Below, piece by piece: positions 14,224 to 20,000 of a stretch of DNA of 20,000 bases (the first letter of the stretch is position 1; each line of letters starts with the position of its first letter). The stretch lies in contig NC_086097.1 of the NCBI RefSeq assembly GCF_963921235.1, positions 256,416,636-256,436,635 of the forward strand. The letters run 5' to 3'. The position numbers were made by a program, and so were the translations under genes. The notes under the pieces are model-generated. The model saw nothing but the letters and a program-made list of their open reading frames with translations, was not told the origin of the DNA and ran no database searches. This DNA comes from Mobula hypostoma (Eukaryota).

Positions 14224-15879
14224 ACGAGGATGAGGGACGAGGGACGAGGATGAGGACTCAGAGGGACTGAGGGACGAGGGACGAGGATGAGGATGGAGGG
14301 ACGAGGATGAGGACTCAGGGACGAGGATGAGGGACGAGGATGGAGGGACTGAGGATGAGGATGAGGACTCAGGGACTCAGGATGGAGGATGAGGACTCAG
14401 GATGAGGACTCAGGGACTCAGGGACTCAGGGACGAGGATGGAGGGACGATGAGGGACGAGGATGGAGGGACGAGGGACTCAGGAGGACTCGAGGATGAGG
14501 ATGAGGGACGAGGATGGATGGAGGACTCAGGATCAGGGACTCAGGACTCAGGATGAGGATGAGGGACGAGGATGAGGATCAGGATGAGGATGGAGGACGA
14601 GGATGAGGACGAGGATGGAGGATGGAGGGACGAGGATGAGGATGAGGACGAGGGACGAGGATGGAGGATGCAGGGACTCAGGGACGAGGATGGACGAGGA
14701 CGAGGACTCAGGATGGAGGATGGAGGACGAGGACGAGGACTCAGGATGAGGATCAGGACGAGGATGGAGGACTCAGGATGAGGGACTCAGGGACGAGGAT
14801 GCAGAGGACTCGAGGATGAGGACTCAGGGACGAGGACGAGGACTCAGGATGAGGACGAGGACTCAGGATGAGGATGGAGGACGAGGATGAGGACTCAGGA
14901 CTCAGAGGATGCAGGACGAGGATGAGGACGAGGATGGAGGACTCAGGATGAGGACTCAGGGACTCAGGATGAGGACGAGGACTCAGGGACGAGGATGGAG
15001 GACGAGGACTCAGGACGAGGACTCAGGACGAGGATGAGGACTCAGGATGAGGATCAGGACTCAGGACTCAGGGACGAGGACTCAGGGACGAGGATGGAGG
15101 ATGAGGATGAGGACTGAGGATGGAGGACGAGGATGAGGACTCAGGGACGAGGGACTCAGGATGGAGGGACTCAGGACTCAGGATGGAGGGACTCAGGATG
15201 GAGGGACTCAGGGACTCAGGATGCAGGACGAGGACTCAGGGACTCAGGATGAGGACTGAGGGACTCAGGATGGAGGACTCAGGATCAGGGACTCAGGGAC
15301 TCAGGATGAGGACTCAGGATGAGGATGAGGACTCAGGGATGAGGGACTCAGGGACGAGGGACTCAGGATGAGGACGAGGACTCAGGATGAGGACTCAGGG
15401 ACGAGGATGAGGACGAGGACTCAGGATGAGGACGAGGATGAGGGACTCAGGGACTCAGGATGGAGGGACGAGGACTCAGGATGAGGATGGAGGACTCAGG
15501 GACGAGGATGGAGGACGAGGATGAGGACTCAGGGACGAGGGACTCGAGGATGGAGGATGGAGGACTCAGGGACTCAGGATGAGGATGGAGGGACGAGGAT
15601 GGAGGGACTCAGGATGCAGGGACTGAGGGACGAGGGACGAGGGACGAGGACTCAGGGATGCAGGACTCAGGATGGAGGGACTCAGGGACTGAGGACGAGG
15701 ACTCAGGGACTCAGGGACTCAGGGACGAGGACTCAGGATGAGGACTCAGGGACTGAGGGACGAGGGACTCAGGGACGAGGATGAGGACTCAGGACGAGGA
15801 CTCAGGGACGAGGATGAGGATCAGGATGGAGGATGGAGGGACTCAGGATGGAGGATGAGGATGGAGGGACGAGGACTGA

Positions 15880-16090
15880 GGATGAGGATGAGGATGAGGG
15901 ACGAGGACGAGGGATCAGGGACGAGGATGAGGATGAGGACGAGGATGAGGACGAGGATGAGGATGAGGGACGAGGATCAGGACGAGGATGAGGATGAGGA
16001 TGAGGACTCAGGATGAGGATGGAGGACGAGGATGAGGATGGAGGATGGAGGACGAGGATGAGGATGAGGATGAGGATGAGGACTCAGGAG
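15880..16090 (+). repeat. Hexamer-dominated (GGAYGA)n subdomain
   Basis: Runs of GGATGA/GGACGA, including eight consecutive hexamers at about 15919-15966, with very few CTCA words. Confidence 0.75.
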
Positions 16091-17714
16091 GAGGACGAGG
16101 ATGAGGATGGAGGGACGAGGATGAGGATGAGGACGAGGGACGAGGATGGAGGACTGAGGGACGAGGATGAGGACTCAGGGACGAGGATGGAGGGACGAGG
16201 ATGAGGACTCAGGGACGAGGACGAGGACGAGGGACGAGGATGAGGATGAGGGACGAGGATGAGGATGGAGGACTCAGGATGAGGATGAGGACGAGGATGG
16301 AGGGACGAGGACTCAGGATGAGGACGAGGACTCAGGACGAGGATGGAGGACTGAGGATGAGGACTCAGGATGAGGACGAGGACTCAGGATGAGGATGAGG
16401 ATCAGGGACGAGGACGAGGATGAGGACGAGGATGAGGACTCGAGGATGAGGACTCAGGATGAGGATGGAGGACTCAGGGACTCAGGACGAGGACGAGGAT
16501 GGAGGACTCGAGGATCAGGATGAGGACGAGGATGAGGACTCAGGACTGGAGGACTCAGGACTCAGGATGGAGGACTCAGGACGAGGATCAGGACGAGGAC
16601 TCAGGGACGAGGATGAGGATGAGGATCAGGACTCAGGACTCGAGGGACTCAGGATGGAGGATGAGGGACTCAGGACTGAGGGACGAGGATGAGGACTCAG
16701 GGACGAGGGACTCAGGATGGAGGACTCAGGACTCAGGACGAGGACTCAGGGAGGATGGAGGACGAGGATGAGGACTCAGGGACGAGGATGGAGGACTCAG
16801 GACTCAGGGACGAGGATGAGGGACGAGGACTCAGGATCGAGGACGAGGACTCAGGGACGAGGATGGAGGACTCAGGATGCAGGATGAGGACGAGGACGAG
16901 GGACTCAGGGACGAGGATGAGGATGGAGGGACTCAGGATGGACGAGGATCAGGATGGAGGACGAGGACTGAGGATGAGGACGAGGATGGAGGATGAGGAT
17001 GAGGATCAGGATGAGGATGGAGGACGAGGATGAGGACGAGGACTCAGGATGAGGATGAGGACTGGAGGGACGAGGATGAGGATGGAGGACGAGGATGGAG
17101 GGACTCAGGACTCAGGATGAGGATGGAGGACGAGGATGGAGGATGAGGACGAGGACTCAGGGACTCAGGATGAGGACTCAGGACTCAGGGATGAGGACGA
17201 GGATGAGGACGAGGATGAGGATCAGGGACGAGGATGGAGGACTCAGGATGAGGACGAGGATGGAGGACTCAGGATGGAGGATGAGGACGAGGATGGAGGA
17301 TGAGGACGAGGATGAGGACGAGGACGAGGATGGAGGATGGAGGACTCAGGGACGAGGATGAGGATGGAGGACGAGGATGAGGATCAGGACGAGGATGGAG
17401 GGACGAGGACGAGGACGAGGATGAGGACTCAGGATGAGGATGAGGACTCAGGATCGAGGGACGAGGATGGAGGACGAGGACGAGGATGAGGACTCAGGAC
17501 GAGGATGAGGATGAGGACTCAGGATGAGGATGAGGATGAGGACGAGGATGCAGGGACTGAGGATGAGGATGAGGATGGAGGGACGAGGATGGAGGGACTC
17601 AAGGACTCAGGATGGAGGACGAGGATGGAGGATGAGGGACTCGAGGACTCAGGGACTCAGGGATGGAGGGACGAGGACGAGGACTCAGGGACTCAGGGAT
17701 GAGGATGAGGACGA

Positions 17715-17748
17715 GGGACTCAGGGACTGAGGGACTCAGGGACGAGGG
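17715..17748 (+). other. Putative G-quadruplex motif (five GGG tracts)
   Basis: GGG-ACTCA-GGG-ACTGA-GGG-ACTCA-GGG-ACGA-GGG. Confidence 0.55.
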
Positions 17749-17955
17749 ACTCAGGATGGAGGGACTCAGGGACTCAGGACTCAGAGGGACGAGGACTCAG
17801 GGACGAGGATGCAGGGATGAGGGACTCAGGATGAGGGACGAGGACTCAGGACTCAGGGACGAGGATGAGGACTCAAGGACGAGGATGCAGGGACTCAGGA
17901 TGAGGGACTCAGGGACTCAGGGACTCAGGATGGAGGATGGAGGGACGAGGATGCA

Positions 17956-17982
17956 GGGACTCAGGGACTCAGGGACTCAGGG
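17956..17982 (+). other. Putative G-quadruplex motif GGG(ACTCAGGG)x3
   Basis: GGG at 17956, 17964, 17972 and 17980 with ACTCA loops. Confidence 0.55.
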
Positions 17983-20000
17983 ACTCAGGATGAGGACGAG
18001 GATGAGGGACTCAGGATGAGGGACGAGGACGAGGATGAGGACTCAGGGACTCAGGGACTCAGGACTCAGGGACGAGGATGGAGGGACGAGGATGAGGGAC
18101 TCAGGGATGAGGGACTCAGGATGAGGACTCAGGATGGAGGATGAGGACGAGGGACGAGGGACTCAGGGACGAGGATGGAGGACGAGGACGAGGGACGAGG
18201 ATGGAGGATGAGGACGAAGGGACGAGGACGAGGATGGAGGACGAGGACGAGGGACTCAGGATGAGGGACGAGGATGGAGGGACTCAGGGACGAGGACGAG
18301 GACGAGGACGAGGACTCAGGGACTCAGGATGGAGGGACGAGGATGAGGACTCAGGGACGAGGATGAGGACGAGGGATGAGGGACGAGGATGAGGACGAGG
18401 ATGAGGATCAGGGATGAGGATGAGGACTCAGGATGAGGACTCAGGATGAGGATGAGGACGAGGGACTAGGATGAGGGACGAGGATGAGGATGAGGATGGA
18501 CTCAGGACGGACAGGATGGAGGGACGAGGATGAGGGACGAGGATGAGGATGAGGATGAGGACGAGGATCAGGATGAGGATGGACGAGGATGAGGATGAGG
18601 ATGGAGGATGAGGACGAGGATGAGGATGGACGAGGATGGAGGATGAGGACGAGGATGAGGATGAGGATGAGGACTCAGGGACGAGGGACTGAGGATGGAG
18701 GGACGAGGGACGAGGACTCAGGGACTGAGGGACGAGGATGGAGGACTGAGGACGAGGACGAGGGACGAGGATGGAGGGATGGAGGGACGAGGATGGAGGG
18801 ACGAGGATGAGGACTCAGGATGAGGACTCAGGACTCAGGATGACGAGGGACGAGGATCAGGACGAGGATGGAGGGACTCAGGATGAGGACGAGGATGCAG
18901 GATGAGGACTCAGGGATCAGGATGGAGGACGAGGATCAGGACTCAGGATGAGGGACTGAGGACTCAGGACTCAGGACTCAGGATGCAGGACTCAGGATGA
19001 GGATGCAGGGACTAGGACTCGAGGATGAGGATGACTCAGGGACTGAGGATGAGGACGAGGACTCAGGACTCAGGGACTCAGGATGGAGGACTCAGGATCA
19101 GGGACGAGGATGAGGACTGAGGGACTCAGGATGAGGACGAGGACTCAGGGACTGAGGACGAGGATGAGGACTCAGGATGGAGGACTCAGGATGGAGGACT
19201 CAGGGACTCAGGACTGAGGATGAGGATGAGGATGAGGACTCAGGACGAGGACTCAGGATGAGGACTCAGGGACTCAGGATGGAGGACTCAGGGACGAGGA
19301 TGAGGGACTCAGGGACTCAGGATGAGGGACGAGGATGAGGACTGAGGACTCAGGATGAGGACTCAGGGACTCAGGATGAGGATGAGGACGAGGACGAGGA
19401 TGAGGATGCAGGACTGACGAGGACGAGGATGAGGGACTCGAGGACGAGGATGGAGGATGAGGATGAGGAGGATGAGGGACTCAGGATGAGGACTCAGGAG
19501 GATGGAGGATGAGGATCAGGACGAGGACTCAGGATGAGGACTCAGGATGAGGATCAGGATGAGGGACGAGGATGAGGATGAGGACTCAGGATGAGGACTC
19601 AGGATCAGGACGAGGGATGAGGATGGAGGATGAGGACTCAGGATGAGGACGAGGGACGAGGATGAGGACTCAGGGACGAGGGACGAGGATGGAGGGACGA
19701 GGATGAGGGACGAGGATGGAGGGACTCAGGGACTCAGGAGTCAGGGACGAGGACGAGGATGAGGACTGAGGGACTCAGGATGAGGATGAGGACTCAGGGA
19801 TGAGGACTCAGGATGAGGATGAGGACGAGGACGAGGATGAGGGACGAGGGACGAGGATGAGGGACTCAGGATGGAGGGACGAGGACGAGGATGAGGACTC
19901 AGGGACTCAGGATGGAGGGACGAGGATGAGGACGAGGATGAGGGACGAGGACTCAGGGACGAGGATGAGGATGACTAGGACTCAGGTACTCAAGGACGAG

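Larger units (their letters stand above)
1..20000 (+). repeat. Complex variant-repeat (mosaic) satellite of 6-8 bp G(2-3)A-core-A words, G-rich on the + strand, extending beyond both window ends
   Basis: Every line parses into GGACGA/GGGACGA, GGATGA, GGACTCA/GGGACTCA, GGACTGA, GGATGGA, GGATGCA and GGATCA, all in the same orientation, with only sporadic small deviations. I saw no TT or CC, AA is rare, and GT occurs only near 19740 and 19986. Confidence 0.97.

Noticed and set aside
6..18810. Dozens of 60-198 aa + strand ORFs (DEDED/TQGLRDSG/RMRMR peptides), superficially like acidic viral repeat proteins such as KSHV LANA
   Set aside because: They overlap in all three frames with the same motifs, their ATG and TGA both come from the GGATGA/GGATGGA words, unit lengths of 6/7/8 bp do not preserve frame, and there is no non-repetitive domain.
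19032..19038. Perfect AP-1-type site TGACTCA
   Set aside because: It is a single occurrence produced by a small deletion in TGAGGACTCA, and is expected by chance in this word set.
1..20000. CRISPR array
   Set aside because: There is no constant 23-50 bp repeat with unique spacers. The variable parts are 2-3 bp cores from a closed set, and no cas genes are present.
1..20000. Immunoglobulin class-switch region
   Set aside because: It is G-rich, repetitive and strand-biased, but the diagnostic GAGCT/GGGGT pentamers and AGCT motifs are absent. Only sparse TGCA fits WGCW.
1..20000. Canonical telomere (TTAGGG, TTAGG, TTTAGGG) or human-type variant-repeat tract
   Set aside because: No TT dinucleotide was seen. 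TCAGGG and TGAGGG are always separated by extra A/AC bases and never form (TCAGGG)n or (TCAGG)n tandems.
1..20000. Hundreds of Shine-Dalgarno-like GGAGG/AGGA motifs near ATG, and dense type II/IIS restriction sites (GGATG FokI, GGGAC BsmFI, GACTC HinfI, CTNAG DdeI)
   Set aside because: These are inevitable consequences of the repeat words, with no downstream genes and no sign of designed construction. They are useful only as tools for digesting the array.

Overview
The whole 20 kb window is one continuous, strand-asymmetric (G/A-rich on +) low-complexity tandem array, with no unique sequence and neither array boundary visible. It is not a fixed-period satellite. It parses almost entirely into 6-8 bp words of the form G(2-3)-A-[core]-A, where the core is CG, TG, CTC, CTG, TGG, TGC or, less often, TC (e.g. 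GGACGA, GGATGA, GGGACTCA, GGACTGA, GGATGGA, GGATGCA, GGATCA). The words follow a quasi-random order with clear neighbour preferences, and word usage drifts over kilobases. I find no credible genes, RNAs, mobile elements or CRISPR array; the listed ORFs are by-products of the repeat. The main open question is what produced the array: a scrambled variant-repeat satellite, an irregular telomere-like array, or a sequencing/consensus artefact. The source organism cannot be determined from this window. All counts are by eye and approximate.
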